NCBI GenBank assembly: GCA_016930515.1 | Contig: JAFGGO010000022.1 | Span: 1 to 52,014 of the forward strand | Length of the DNA: 52,014 bases | Direction of reading: 5' to 3' | From: Promethearchaeota archaeon | Lineage (GTDB): Archaea > Asgardarchaeota > Lokiarchaeia > Sigyniarchaeales > SOKP01 | Shown here: one piece after another, positions 1 through 9,889 of the stretch | Position numbering within the stretch: position 1 is the first letter of the stretch | Layout: each line of letters opens with the position of its first letter | Program-made: the position numbers and the translations under genes | The notes under the pieces: generated by a model | The model's input: the letters and a program-made list of their open reading frames with translations, nothing else | What the model was told of the DNA's origin: nothing | The model's database searches: none

Positions 1-1018
1 AAAAAATATTTAAAAATTTCAAAAAAAACTTGAGAATCTTGTTATTTTTCCCTACTTCTCCTAATAAAATAGTATCTAAATTTCGAGAGAGTTGATACTG
101 TTTTACTTTTGGAACTCTAGAATTTCCCTTGAGGTTTCTAATATTCTTTATTGTTTTATAGTTCTGAATCAAAAATTTGTATACTTTAATCCGAGTTTTT
201 ATTTTCTTGATAATTACGGCTTGCAAGAGTAATACGAGTTCTGCAATAATGGCCTGAGGGATTATTCTTTTTAAATTTTCAAGATTCTTGGCAACGCAGA
301 TAAAACGATTCCTTTCGATGTAATAATATGTGAAATCGCTCAGGCTAAAATCGTGTTTTTGATGGTATATTTTCGTCAAATTCGTGGTATAGACGCTGAT
401 ATTATTCCTCAAGGCTTTCAAGGAGAAATCCGTATCCTCGTGATACATGAAGAAATACGTGTCGAATCCCCGAAGCCTAAGAAAAGTCTCCTTTCTCAGG
501 AACATGCATCCTCCAGCAACCTTTAAGGTTCTAAAGGTCTTAATCTTGTTTGGTAAACGCTCGTACATTGTTGGAGTGTAAGAAAATCCTAAAAAATGAA
601 TTTTAGCTCCAAAATAGTTGATGCTCTTTCCATCCTTAAAAACAGAGAGTGGACATATAATCGCAGTACCTTTTTTCTCTAACTTGTTAAACAAAGGTAG
701 TAATAATTCAAAAAAGTCGCTTGGGAAGATCATGTCTTGATTAGTAATGAAAATATAGTCGCCCTTCGCATTTAAGGCGCCAATATTGCACGCTTTGGCA
801 AATCCGCTGTTATAATCGAGTTCGATTAGGTTAATATCTAAAGACCTAAAAGACTTTATCATGTCTTTAGAACAATCTATTGAATTGTTATCAATTATTA
901 CAATCTCGATCTCAGGCGAGTTTTTCAAGTTTTCAATTGATTTTAGATTGTCTGCAATCATATCCTCGTCGTTGTAAGAAGGAAATATAATCGAAATCTT
1001 TGGTTCGGAAAAAGTCAT
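1..1018 (-). CDS. Glycosyltransferase family 2 (WbbL/GT2-like), 3' end runs off the window; not in the ORF track
   Basis: Manual translation from ATG 1018: MTFSEPKISIIFPSYN...IIDNNS...NSGFAKACNIGA...NQD...GGCMFLR...GFDTYFFMYHEDTD; frame stays open to the window edge. Confidence 0.9.
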   Translation of the reverse strand, partial: MTFSEPKISIIFPSYNDEDMIADNLKSIENLKNSPEIEIVIIDNNSIDCSKDMIKSFRSLDINLIELDYNSGFAKACNIGALNAKGDYIFITNQDMIFPSDFFELLLPLFNKLEKKGTAIICPLSVFKDGKSINYFGAKIHFLGFSYTPTMYERLPNKIKTFRTLKVAGGCMFLRKETFLRLRGFDTYFFMYHEDTDFSLKALRNNISVYTTNLTKIYHQKHDFSLSDFTYYYIERNRFICVAKNLENLKRIIPQAIIAELVLLLQAVIIKKIKTRIKVYKFLIQNYKTIKNIRNLKGNSRVPKVKQYQLSRNLDTILLGEVGKNNKILKFFLKFLNIF

Positions 1019-1063
1019 ACATGATTTAAAATTGTTAAAAAAGATTAAAAGTCTTGTTTTTTT

Positions 1064-1891
1064 CTAATTTTTTTCTTTCTTTCGATTCATTCTTTTCAAG
1101 AATTTATTAAATCGCTTTTCTAAGCCAGTTTTCATTGTAAAGAATTTAAAGGCGTATAAAGCAAGGCAAGAAAGAATTGAAAATAAGACTTTATTTACAA
1201 TAACGTAAGATGTTCCATATTCCCGAGGATTTGCAGTCATCGGGATTTCCCTTAGTCTTAAACCGTTATGTCCGCATACAAATAACATTTCCGTCGAAAA
1301 TCCCATTCCCGTGTGTCTCATTTCTTTAAATAAGGTCAAGGCTTCTCTTTTAAACGCCCGAAATCCATTTTGATTATTTCCGATCTTTTGCCTGTAAAGA
1401 ACCATCAAACATGTGTTTATGCATATTTCTCCTAATCGAGTGTGAGGCGGTACCTTGAAATTGCACTTTCCAAGATATCTGGAGCCAACAACAACATCAG
1501 CCTTGTTTTGCAATATGGGTTCAACAAGCAAAGGAATCTCTTCTGGGGTGTGCTGACCATCAGAGTCAAGAGTTACGATTATATCACCAGATGCGTGTTT
1601 TAATCCCGTTAATATCGCTTCTCCATAGCCCTTATTTGTTTTATGATGAATGACTGTTATTTTTTTTTTGCTATTTAATGCGTTTTGAACGCTATTATCG
1701 GACGAGCCATCATCAACGACGATAATTTCGTAATCGTGATGGTTTGGAATTCGATTTATCACATTTTGAATTGAATTTTCTTCGTTATAAAGGGGAATCA
1801 CGATTGATATGAGATTTATTTTTTTTGTTTGCTTCTCTAATTTGAAATCCTGTTTGATATACTTAGGCTTTTCTTGAACCATGATTCTCAA
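1064..1891 (-). CDS. GT2 glycosyltransferase, DPM1-like (polyprenol-phosphate sugar synthase family)
   Basis: IVIPLYNE, VVDDGSSD, NKGYG, LDSDGQH, GSRY motifs; true start may be ATG 1882. Confidence 0.9.
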   Translation of the reverse strand: MRIMVQEKPKYIKQDFKLEKQTKKINLISIVIPLYNEENSIQNVINRIPNHHDYEIIVVDDGSSDNSVQNALNSKKKITVIHHKTNKGYGEAILTGLKHASGDIIVTLDSDGQHTPEEIPLLVEPILQNKADVVVGSRYLGKCNFKVPPHTRLGEICINTCLMVLYRQKIGNNQNGFRAFKREALTLFKEMRHTGMGFSTEMLFVCGHNGLRLREIPMTANPREYGTSYVIVNKVLFSILSCLALYAFKFFTMKTGLEKRFNKFLKRMNRKKEKN

Positions 1892-2222
1892 GAGCTTTTG
1901 TGAATGTGATATAGGCTTTATTTTTTAACGACAGAAATTAAATATTGGTTTGAAAAAAATGCTTTTTAATAAAATGAAAATTAATCTATAAAAATGATCT
2001 TTTGTATATATCTTTTATGTAATTGTTTTTAAGCATTACTGTTATATGTGAGTATTCTGTAATATTTCACTACTTAAAGCTAGTGATTACTAATCCCTGT
2101 TAAGCAATTCAAATTTCCTTAGAGATAAGCAAATCTACATGTTTTTCGAACATCTCTCCAACTATAAAGGATTTAATTCTTCAATAATTATATCATTAAA
2201 TATTTTATTTTAAAATATAAAA

Positions 2223-3275
2223 ATGAAAGAATTACTAGATAAAATCATTGCTCAAGAAGGTTTTAACAAGCCCAAGAAAATTCAGCATTACGACATTAAA
2301 TTCTACGACAACTCAGATTTTCAGGATCTAATGCATTTATATCATCGCGTGTTTCCTGGATTCATGTCTGAAAAATTATGGTATTGGAAAAATATTCATA
2401 ATCCTTCTGGTCAATTTATAACGGTTTTATTAAAGGATGAAAAACGAGTCGTTGCAGCTTATAGCGTGGCTCCAAGACGTTTTTACATCAATAAAAAGTC
2501 GTTTTTCTGCGTTCAATCAATGGACACGATGACCGACGAAGACTATAGGGGATTAGGCATCTCAACATATCTCGCACGGGTAGTCTACGAATATTCTCGA
2601 TTGAAAGGTGCTCATTTTGTCTACGGTTTTCCAAATAGAAATAGCTGGTATTTGTTTGAAAAAAAACTATATTGGAAAACATTTGGTAAGATGACTCTCT
2701 ATCAAAAAGATCTTTCTATCATGTCAAAAAGATGTCAAAAAATGGATTCATATTACCAAATTAATCCAATTCTTAATTTTGAAGAAAATTTTTTAGATTT
2801 CTGGGAGAGTTCTAAAAATAATTATAATGTTGTTGTTGAAAAAAATTTAAGATACCTGAAATGGAGGTTTAACGAACATCCCTTTGTCAAATACAAGAAA
2901 TATTTCATAACTGAAAAATCAAAAAATAAAATAATAGCTTATTTCGTTTTGAAACATTATCAGGACGAAAAAGAATTAAAAAGAGGTCATATTGTTGATT
3001 ATATGATTGAGCCGAAAGAATTCAATTTAAAATTAGATATATTTCAGTTAATTGAATTTTTTTCATCTAAAGAATTTCGAAAAGAATGCGTTTCGATTTC
3101 GTTTTGGACTCTTGATGATGATATTAAATCCCTTGTTCTTAATGAATTAGGATATCAAGCAATGAATATCGATACTCATTTCGGATACAAAATTTTTAGT
3201 AATGATGAAGAATTAAAATTATTACATCAAAAAAATAATTGGCATATCACGATGTCAGATAACGATGTTTTTTAA
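2223..3275 (+). CDS. GNAT family N-acetyltransferase
   Basis: DTMTDEDYRGLGIS acetyl-CoA motif A, VYGFPN, YLKWRF. Confidence 0.8.
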   Translation: MKELLDKIIAQEGFNKPKKIQHYDIKFYDNSDFQDLMHLYHRVFPGFMSEKLWYWKNIHNPSGQFITVLLKDEKRVVAAYSVAPRRFYINKKSFFCVQSMDTMTDEDYRGLGISTYLARVVYEYSRLKGAHFVYGFPNRNSWYLFEKKLYWKTFGKMTLYQKDLSIMSKRCQKMDSYYQINPILNFEENFLDFWESSKNNYNVVVEKNLRYLKWRFNEHPFVKYKKYFITEKSKNKIIAYFVLKHYQDEKELKRGHIVDYMIEPKEFNLKLDIFQLIEFFSSKEFRKECVSISFWTLDDDIKSLVLNELGYQAMNIDTHFGYKIFSNDEELKLLHQKNNWHITMSDNDVF

Positions 3276-3296
3276 ACAAACGAGGATTAAAAGAAT

Positions 3297-3944
3297 ATGA
3301 ATATCTTGTTTATTGGTGCACATCCCGACGATATAGAGTTAGGTTGTGGTGGATCAATTTGTTATTTTCTCAAAAAGAAGCACGAGGTATTTTGTTATCA
3401 CTTGACGAGCGGTGTCTACAGCAATATATACGGCGAGGTAGTTAGGACATTTGAAGAAATAATTGCGGCAACCAATAAAAGTCTCGGAGTATTGGGAGTC
3501 AAGAAAGAAAACATTTCGTTTACGGAGGTACCTGCAACAGAACTGAAAGTCAATAAAGAAATGATATCTGGATTGCAAAAATTCATTATTGATCACGATA
3601 TTAACATGATTTTCACGCATCCCAATCCAGATACATACCACCAAGACCATCGAGCGGCACACAACATTGCGATGGCAAGCGCTCGTCGCTATGTTAATAA
3701 CATTTTGTTGTTCGAAATTATTTTCAATTTTGCGTCGGGTTTGATGATTCCCAATTATTACATTAATATATCAAAATTTATTGAAAAAAAGCAACAATCA
3801 ATTAGACACCACGAGATAGAATTTAACAAGTTCGGAGGAGAAAAATGGATCGATTCGATCACGAGCCTCGCAAAATATCGTGGAACGCAAGCGGAAGTCG
3901 ATTACGCCGAAGCGTTTTATGTTATGAAATATCTCTTGGATTAA
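3297..3944 (+). CDS. PIG-L/LmbE family deacetylase
   Basis: GAHPDDIELGCGG and HQDH metal-binding motifs, C-terminal AEAF. Confidence 0.9.
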   Translation: MNILFIGAHPDDIELGCGGSICYFLKKKHEVFCYHLTSGVYSNIYGEVVRTFEEIIAATNKSLGVLGVKKENISFTEVPATELKVNKEMISGLQKFIIDHDINMIFTHPNPDTYHQDHRAAHNIAMASARRYVNNILLFEIIFNFASGLMIPNYYINISKFIEKKQQSIRHHEIEFNKFGGEKWIDSITSLAKYRGTQAEVDYAEAFYVMKYLLD

Positions 3945-4906
3945 TTAGATAAGATTTTTCGTTGCCATTCGAATTGGGTCTTTAATCCCTGATCGATTTG
4001 TACTTTTGGTACATATGCTAACAATTTTTTGGCTTTTTCGGTATTTGAATATGTAACATCCACGTCTCCCTTCTGTTTCTCCACGAATTTGAGCTTCTTT
4101 GTCTTTTGAGCGATGGCGTACAACTTCTCAACTAAATCATTAACACTGATGGGATTAGAACACCCTAAATTGAATACTTGGCCATTTGAATTGTCCTTCT
4201 CAGCAGATAATATAAGACCGTTAACAATGTCAGAAACATGAGTAAAATCCCTTAGTTGCGTTCCATCACCGTAAATTACGATTTCTTTTTCCTTTAAGAT
4301 TGCTTCAAAAAATTTTCTTATCGCCATATCCGGCCTTCCTCGGGGACCGTATACGGTATAAAATCTTAAGGAAGTGATGGGTAGATCGTATTCTCGATAA
4401 TAATAGTCTGCATAGTGTTCTCCACAGAGTTTTGAAACGGCGTAAGGAGATATTGGGTTTTTAGGATGCTCCTCGTCAAGAGGGGTGTAAATGGGATTCC
4501 CGTAAACGGAAGAAGATGAAGCGAAGACTATTTTTTCGATTCGATTACAAATCCTTCCAAATTCGAAAATATTTACCGTGCTCACGATATTGTTCTGAGC
4601 TACTTCTGCTGCGTTGTTCAAGGAATATCTAACGCCTGCTTGAGCGGCAAGGTGAAAAATTACTTCTACATTAGAATTGACTCCATCTAGAATTTTTTTA
4701 TGGAGTAGGTCGCCCTTTATCAATCGAAAGTTCTTAGAATCGTATTTATTTAAAATTGCGTTTAATTGTTCTTCTTTGCCCGTATAATAGTCATTAAAAT
4801 TATCGATTAGTATGAGTTGATTTCCGTTCTCAAGTAAAGTCTCGGTCAAATGAGAACCAATAAAACCGCCAGCACCAGTAATTAAAATGGATTTATTAGT
4901 TAACAC
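3941..4906 (-). CDS. NAD-dependent nucleotide-sugar epimerase/dehydratase (UDP-glucuronate 4-epimerase-like)
   Basis: TGAGGFIG, HLAAQAGVRYS, ASSSSVYG, YAVSK, RFYTVYGPRGRPDMA; GTG start. Confidence 0.9.
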   Translation of the reverse strand: MLTNKSILITGAGGFIGSHLTETLLENGNQLILIDNFNDYYTGKEEQLNAILNKYDSKNFRLIKGDLLHKKILDGVNSNVEVIFHLAAQAGVRYSLNNAAEVAQNNIVSTVNIFEFGRICNRIEKIVFASSSSVYGNPIYTPLDEEHPKNPISPYAVSKLCGEHYADYYYREYDLPITSLRFYTVYGPRGRPDMAIRKFFEAILKEKEIVIYGDGTQLRDFTHVSDIVNGLILSAEKDNSNGQVFNLGCSNPISVNDLVEKLYAIAQKTKKLKFVEKQKGDVDVTYSNTEKAKKLLAYVPKVQIDQGLKTQFEWQRKILSN

Positions 4907-5071
4907 ATCAATCTTTTATAATCTGAAATATTGACATAGGAAAAGATAATATTTCAAGCTTTAAAATCTTTTATCGAATCTAAGATTAAAATGCATTAAA
5001 AAACAAAAACTAAAAAAAAAACTAAAGATTTAGCTAATTTATAAACCGATTATAATAAAAGAACATGTAAA

Positions 5072-6046
5072 ATGGATTTGAAAAATAAAAGTATTGCAGT
5101 AACTGGTGCTGCAGGTTTTATAGGAAGCAACTTAGTCGATCACTTGCTTGAGATGGGAGCCGATGTGGTAGGGATTGATAATTTATTTAATGGAAGGTTA
5201 GAAAATCTCGAATCCGCACTTAAATCAAAGCAATTTCGTTTTTATAAGGGTGACATCCGCGATCTTAACTTTCTTCTTGAAGTTACTACAAATATAGATG
5301 TTTTATTTCACGAGGCTGCCTTTACTAGCGTTCCTCAATCCATCTTGATGCCCGAATCATGTAACGATATTAATGTGAAAGGTGTGTTAAATGTACTCAA
5401 CGCAGCGAGAAAAAACGATATTGAAAAGGTTCTTTTTGCGTCGAGCGCTTCGGTTTATGGCGATACTCCCGTATTACCAAAAAGGGAAGATATGAAGAGA
5501 GAACCAAAATCACCTTACGGAGTTTCAAAAATGGCCGGAGAAGCATACATGCAAGTATATTATACCGTATACGGAATTAAAACCACATCGCTAAGATATT
5601 TTAACGTGTTCGGACCCCGACAAAAAGACTCTCCGTACAGTGGCGTTATTGCGATTTGGTTGGGAAAGATCTTGAGAAACGAAAACTTGATAATTTTTGG
5701 AGACGGCGAAAATTCGAGAGACTTTACTTATGTGAAGGACGTGATAAAAGCCAACATTCTAGCGGCGGAACACGACGCAAAAGGGGAAATAATGAATGTT
5801 TCGTGTAATAATCCCATATCCTTGACGAATCTCGCAAAGCTAATGCTTAAAATAACTGACAAGCAAGAACTTAAAATCGAATTTGCCGATCCCCGCCCTG
5901 GAGACATACTTCACAGTTATGGCGATATATCGCTTGCCAAAAAAGACATACAATTTGAACCAGATTACGACCAAGAAAGCGGACTTAAAGAGTATTTGAC
6001 TTGGTATAAAAACAAGTACAAGGTTGATTTGAACATAATCCAATGA
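5072..6046 (+). CDS. NAD-dependent epimerase (UDP-Glc/GlcNAc 4-epimerase, WbpP-like SDR)
   Basis: TGAAGFIG, SVPQS, YGVSK, LRYFNVFGPRQ, YSGVI. Confidence 0.9.
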   Translation: MDLKNKSIAVTGAAGFIGSNLVDHLLEMGADVVGIDNLFNGRLENLESALKSKQFRFYKGDIRDLNFLLEVTTNIDVLFHEAAFTSVPQSILMPESCNDINVKGVLNVLNAARKNDIEKVLFASSASVYGDTPVLPKREDMKREPKSPYGVSKMAGEAYMQVYYTVYGIKTTSLRYFNVFGPRQKDSPYSGVIAIWLGKILRNENLIIFGDGENSRDFTYVKDVIKANILAAEHDAKGEIMNVSCNNPISLTNLAKLMLKITDKQELKIEFADPRPGDILHSYGDISLAKKDIQFEPDYDQESGLKEYLTWYKNKYKVDLNIIQ

Positions 6047-6052
6047 TAAAGA

Positions 6053-8341
6053 ATGTCAAAAGTTAACAATTCAAATTTTTATAGGTACCTTTTTTATTCA
6101 AGAGAAAAAATTCATGTTTGGGTCTTTTTTCTTTCAATAATTTCGCTTATATTTGGTTTTCTTAATGTGTATCGGAATATTTTTCCATCAATTTATATTT
6201 CTTCGAGTTTCATCCTTCTAGAAGAATTATTGCGGATTCTTACCGTTCTATCTACAATTTATATAATCCTATTTTTGCCCTCATATCCTCTTTTCTTTTT
6301 AATTTTAAAGAACAAAAAATATAGATTCTTAGAAAAAATCAGTTTTACGATAATCTTTAATTTATGCTTTTATATTATATCGGGATATCTTGGTAATCTT
6401 GCTGGTTTTTCAATGACAAGTCTTTATTTCTTTACCTGCGTGTTAAGCTCTTATATAACATTCTTATTTGCTAATTTTATATTTAAAGGATTGAAATATG
6501 GGTTTAAAATTCAAAATCCTTTCAAATTGAAAGAAAAATCATTCCATCTTTCTTCGGAAATTTCGCCGCCTATAAAATATATTAAAAAAAAAATTTCGAG
6601 AAACGCCCTGTTATTGATAATATTTTTACTATTGTTATGCTCGTTTTATGTCGTTCGATATAGTTATTTTTTCGGCACGGATGGGTGGGCTCATATTTAT
6701 ATTACTCGATTCATAACGGACGAACATTACTTACCACTTGACGAATATTTTGGGGCAATGGGTTTACATATCTTTAGTAGCGTCATATATTTCTTTTCGG
6801 GTATTGAATTGGTATATCTTCCGAAATATTTTGTTTTTTACTCTTTTATGGTTACTTCCTTATTATTTTACAACATCCAAGTAAGGATTTTTAAAAATAA
6901 TAATTTAGCACTTCTTGGAGTGTTTATTTTACAAGCATTTCCACTAGGTTTTGGAAACCACCTCTTGATCCAGTTCTGGCCAACGAGCTTGACCGTGATA
7001 ATGTGCTTGGAAATCTTTTTCTTGTTGTATGTTCGAATGCAAAATTTCGTAAAACTTGAAAAACCGTCCAGAGAAGCACTGCTTTCGAATATGATATTTT
7101 GCTACTCGTTCGCAATAATATTATTCGTAAGCGCAATTCTTACACATACACTCGTTGCTGTTATCATGCTAATCTCGTTTATCCCATTTTATTTAATATA
7201 TTTTCTCAAGGATGTTAATCGTGGGTTTGACTTAGCGTTGCTGTGCGGAATGTTGGGGATATTTTTCGTTCTCCTTTTTTCTGGAGTGATCACTGAGTTT
7301 GTTATTTACTTTAATATTTTTAAATATCCGTGGTATTATTACGCGATAGGGGGGATTTGTGGCAGTATTGGTGCTATTATCGTTCTGAAAAGGATTGTTC
7401 GATATATCTCCTTTTCGAATGGAGCATTTAAGAAAGTTATTGAAGGTGAAAATAGCAAAATCTATTCTTTAATCGAAGATAAATACATATATCCCGTTTG
7501 TCTTATTGTGATATTGGGATTTATCCTCGTGTTTTTGATTGGAATAACCCCTATGTTAAACATTAACTTTTCTAAAACTTTAATTGGAGTTGAATCAACT
7601 GTATTAATTCTTTTTTCTATTTGGGGCTTATTCTTATTTCAGAAGAAACCTCGAGGAAAAATTCTATTAGTGTGGTTATTGAGTTTTGGGGTTCTAATAG
7701 TTGCTTCTTTAGCGATACTTCCGTTAGGATTCGGGAGGATAGCTTTACTTGCTGTACCTGTACTTGTCATTGGATTTGTTTCTTATTTTTACAAGCTCAT
7801 CAAGATTCAAAAATCAACTAGTCTAAAAATCAGTCTATTTTTAGTTTCTATGGTAATCTTTTCTTTTTTTGCTTTTTATTATGATGACTTGACCGATCCC
7901 GACCAAGACGAATACGGCCTAAAAAGAAGAGAGGTTTATTCAATTATGGTGTTTTCGAAATTATCTCCCGAACATTGTGCCATCGATTCCGAATTCGGTT
8001 GGAGTTATATCTTTATCTATTATGGATATCCTTACGGACAATCAAATGGAAACTTATCTAGTAGCGAGCTTTATGATTTCTTAGGTGGGATGCAATACTT
8101 GTTCCATCCATCTGCTCACATAAACGAAAGCGGTGTTAATATCTTAAAATCTCTCAAGCAGGAATTGGGTTCAGATGTTTTTTTAATATTGGACGATACA
8201 TACTTGGATACCGTTCATGGAGGGTTGGGAAAATTAACGAACGAGGAAATAAAACAATACAATAACTTGAATTATTTAAACAAGGTACTCGTGTCAAAAA
8301 GCGATAAGGGTACGGAAATTCCTTATTATTGGGTTATTTAA
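6053..8341 (+). CDS. Large polytopic membrane protein, putative GT-C-fold glycosyltransferase or glycan-assembly protein
   Basis: More than 15 hydrophobic segments, GTDGWAH loop motif, C-terminal soluble domain, glycosylation-cluster context. Confidence 0.55.
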   Translation: MSKVNNSNFYRYLFYSREKIHVWVFFLSIISLIFGFLNVYRNIFPSIYISSSFILLEELLRILTVLSTIYIILFLPSYPLFFLILKNKKYRFLEKISFTIIFNLCFYIISGYLGNLAGFSMTSLYFFTCVLSSYITFLFANFIFKGLKYGFKIQNPFKLKEKSFHLSSEISPPIKYIKKKISRNALLLIIFLLLLCSFYVVRYSYFFGTDGWAHIYITRFITDEHYLPLDEYFGAMGLHIFSSVIYFFSGIELVYLPKYFVFYSFMVTSLLFYNIQVRIFKNNNLALLGVFILQAFPLGFGNHLLIQFWPTSLTVIMCLEIFFLLYVRMQNFVKLEKPSREALLSNMIFCYSFAIILFVSAILTHTLVAVIMLISFIPFYLIYFLKDVNRGFDLALLCGMLGIFFVLLFSGVITEFVIYFNIFKYPWYYYAIGGICGSIGAIIVLKRIVRYISFSNGAFKKVIEGENSKIYSLIEDKYIYPVCLIVILGFILVFLIGITPMLNINFSKTLIGVESTVLILFSIWGLFLFQKKPRGKILLVWLLSFGVLIVASLAILPLGFGRIALLAVPVLVIGFVSYFYKLIKIQKSTSLKISLFLVSMVIFSFFAFYYDDLTDPDQDEYGLKRREVYSIMVFSKLSPEHCAIDSEFGWSYIFIYYGYPYGQSNGNLSSSELYDFLGGMQYLFHPSAHINESGVNILKSLKQELGSDVFLILDDTYLDTVHGGLGKLTNEEIKQYNNLNYLNKVLVSKSDKGTEIPYYWVI

Positions 8342-9116
8342 AAACCTCAAAGTCTCCTGGAAACATGTTGAGTGCTTTTTCCTTAAGGATATCTTGCTTA
8401 TTTCCTTCGATTCTTATCATCTGAGGTAATTTTCCGACTTGTCCTACCTTGTTTTCTCTCGAGATAAAAGCACCCCTGAGACCTTCGATATCGTCTACAG
8501 CGTCGAGAGCTTTTTTAATTGATTTTTCTACATCGGTCCCTTTAACAAGATTTGCAATTCGCGTTGCTGCAGCGTCCGCTAAAGCCGCATTTTTCGCAAA
8601 AATTGTTACCGCGTCCGCTTGTCCTAGGCTGATAGCATGTCCGATTGTTGCAGAACTTGTTCCAATACCTATGGGACAATCTTTTTTTTCTATTAAAAAT
8701 CCCAGATTCAAGTTCAAATCGTTTTCCCCTGCGTATAACGCTATTTTCATGGGAGAATCCGAATCAATGGCAATTTCTCCTCCGTTCTCAACGAGAGCAT
8801 CTCTAGCGAGTAATTTAGCCGATTCTTCCTTTGTTTTCATGGCTTCCAACATTAGATCGGCAATTGCTCCGGCTACGGCCGCCATAGGCCCCACATCGCA
8901 TGCATAAGCTACTTCAGACATGAGAATTACGACCCTTTCTTTTGATTTGACGGGTACTGGGGAAAATGATTTTAAAAATTTATCGTCTATTTGAACATAC
9001 TTTTCGAGAGCGACCCTATGCCGATAAAAGCTTTTCTTAGCTTCAATTATTGCAGTTTCTGAGTCTGAAATTAAAGTAATGTCAGATTCCTTTTCCGAAA
9101 AATGATATTTTATCAT
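8334..9116 (-). CDS. UPF0280 (ApbE-like) family protein
   Basis: VGPMAAVAGAIAD, VENGGEI, TSSATIGHAISLG, ADAAAT. Confidence 0.9.
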   Translation of the reverse strand: MIKYHFSEKESDITLISDSETAIIEAKKSFYRHRVALEKYVQIDDKFLKSFSPVPVKSKERVVILMSEVAYACDVGPMAAVAGAIADLMLEAMKTKEESAKLLARDALVENGGEIAIDSDSPMKIALYAGENDLNLNLGFLIEKKDCPIGIGTSSATIGHAISLGQADAVTIFAKNAALADAAATRIANLVKGTDVEKSIKKALDAVDDIEGLRGAFISRENKVGQVGKLPQMIRIEGNKQDILKEKALNMFPGDFEVFK

Positions 9117-9365
9117 ATAACTACAAACTTCGAATTAATCTTTTTAAAATTCCTATTTTATACTAATTAAATGCATTATTGCTTAATATTAAGTATTTAT
9201 CACGATCAAAACGACATTTCATATCTTAATTTTACCTTATTAGTCTATTTCGTTAATAACAAACAAGAAATCTAAATGTTCTCTTCAATAGATAACACTA
9301 TAATCTGAATGAGAAAAATATAAATAATGAATATTATATTAAATATAAAAACAAACCGCTTTAAC

Positions 9366-9857
9366 ATGAATGAAATCAATTACGAAGAAATCGTCGATCA
9401 ATTGAAATCCGAACTGGATTCTGAATGCGCCATAGCTGACAAGCATGGTGTCGTTTTGGCTTCAAGAATAAAGGAGTTTTCCATCGGCAAGATCGTGCCT
9501 CATTCGATCTTGGAACTGATCGCAAAGCATTACGAAATCTCCAAGGAATTGAACCTCAAAAAAGTTACTTCTTTTGCTGTAGCATCCGAAGACCAATTTT
9601 ATCTTTTCACATTCAGCGAAAAATTAATCTTGATTTCAAAATTGGACAAGGAAGTGAATTTAATAAAATTTATGCCAAATATCAGCGTATTTCTCCAACA
9701 CATAGAAAGCAAGTTCGTGATTCAAGAACTTAAGGATTTTACGAGGTTCGATTTTTCCGAAGAAATAGAAAAGATGAAAGATACTTTCAAGACCGACGAT
9801 GCAAAAGAAAAGAAGTATTCGATCATAAAAGCGCTTATTAAGTACATATCAAATTAA
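9366..9857 (+). CDS. Roadblock/LC7 (MglB/LAMTOR-like) domain protein
   Basis: Helix, AIADKHGVVLAS, helix, three strands, helix pattern typical of the roadblock fold; ATG 9366 preferred over 9327. Confidence 0.6.
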   Translation: MNEINYEEIVDQLKSELDSECAIADKHGVVLASRIKEFSIGKIVPHSILELIAKHYEISKELNLKKVTSFAVASEDQFYLFTFSEKLILISKLDKEVNLIKFMPNISVFLQHIESKFVIQELKDFTRFDFSEEIEKMKDTFKTDDAKEKKYSIIKALIKYISN

Positions 9858-9889
9858 AGATATTCTCGTTTGGAAAAAGGTGAAAGTTC

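Noticed and set aside
8449-8907. 152-aa + strand ORF and the many other antisense or nested ORFs in the track (e.g. 35218-35781, 49396-51747)
   Set aside because: Shadow ORFs overlapping well-supported genes; no motifs or independent translation signals
9327-9365. Track start of the roadblock ORF at 9327
   Set aside because: The first 13 codons are AT-rich, promoter-like sequence; ATG 9366 fits the fold start better
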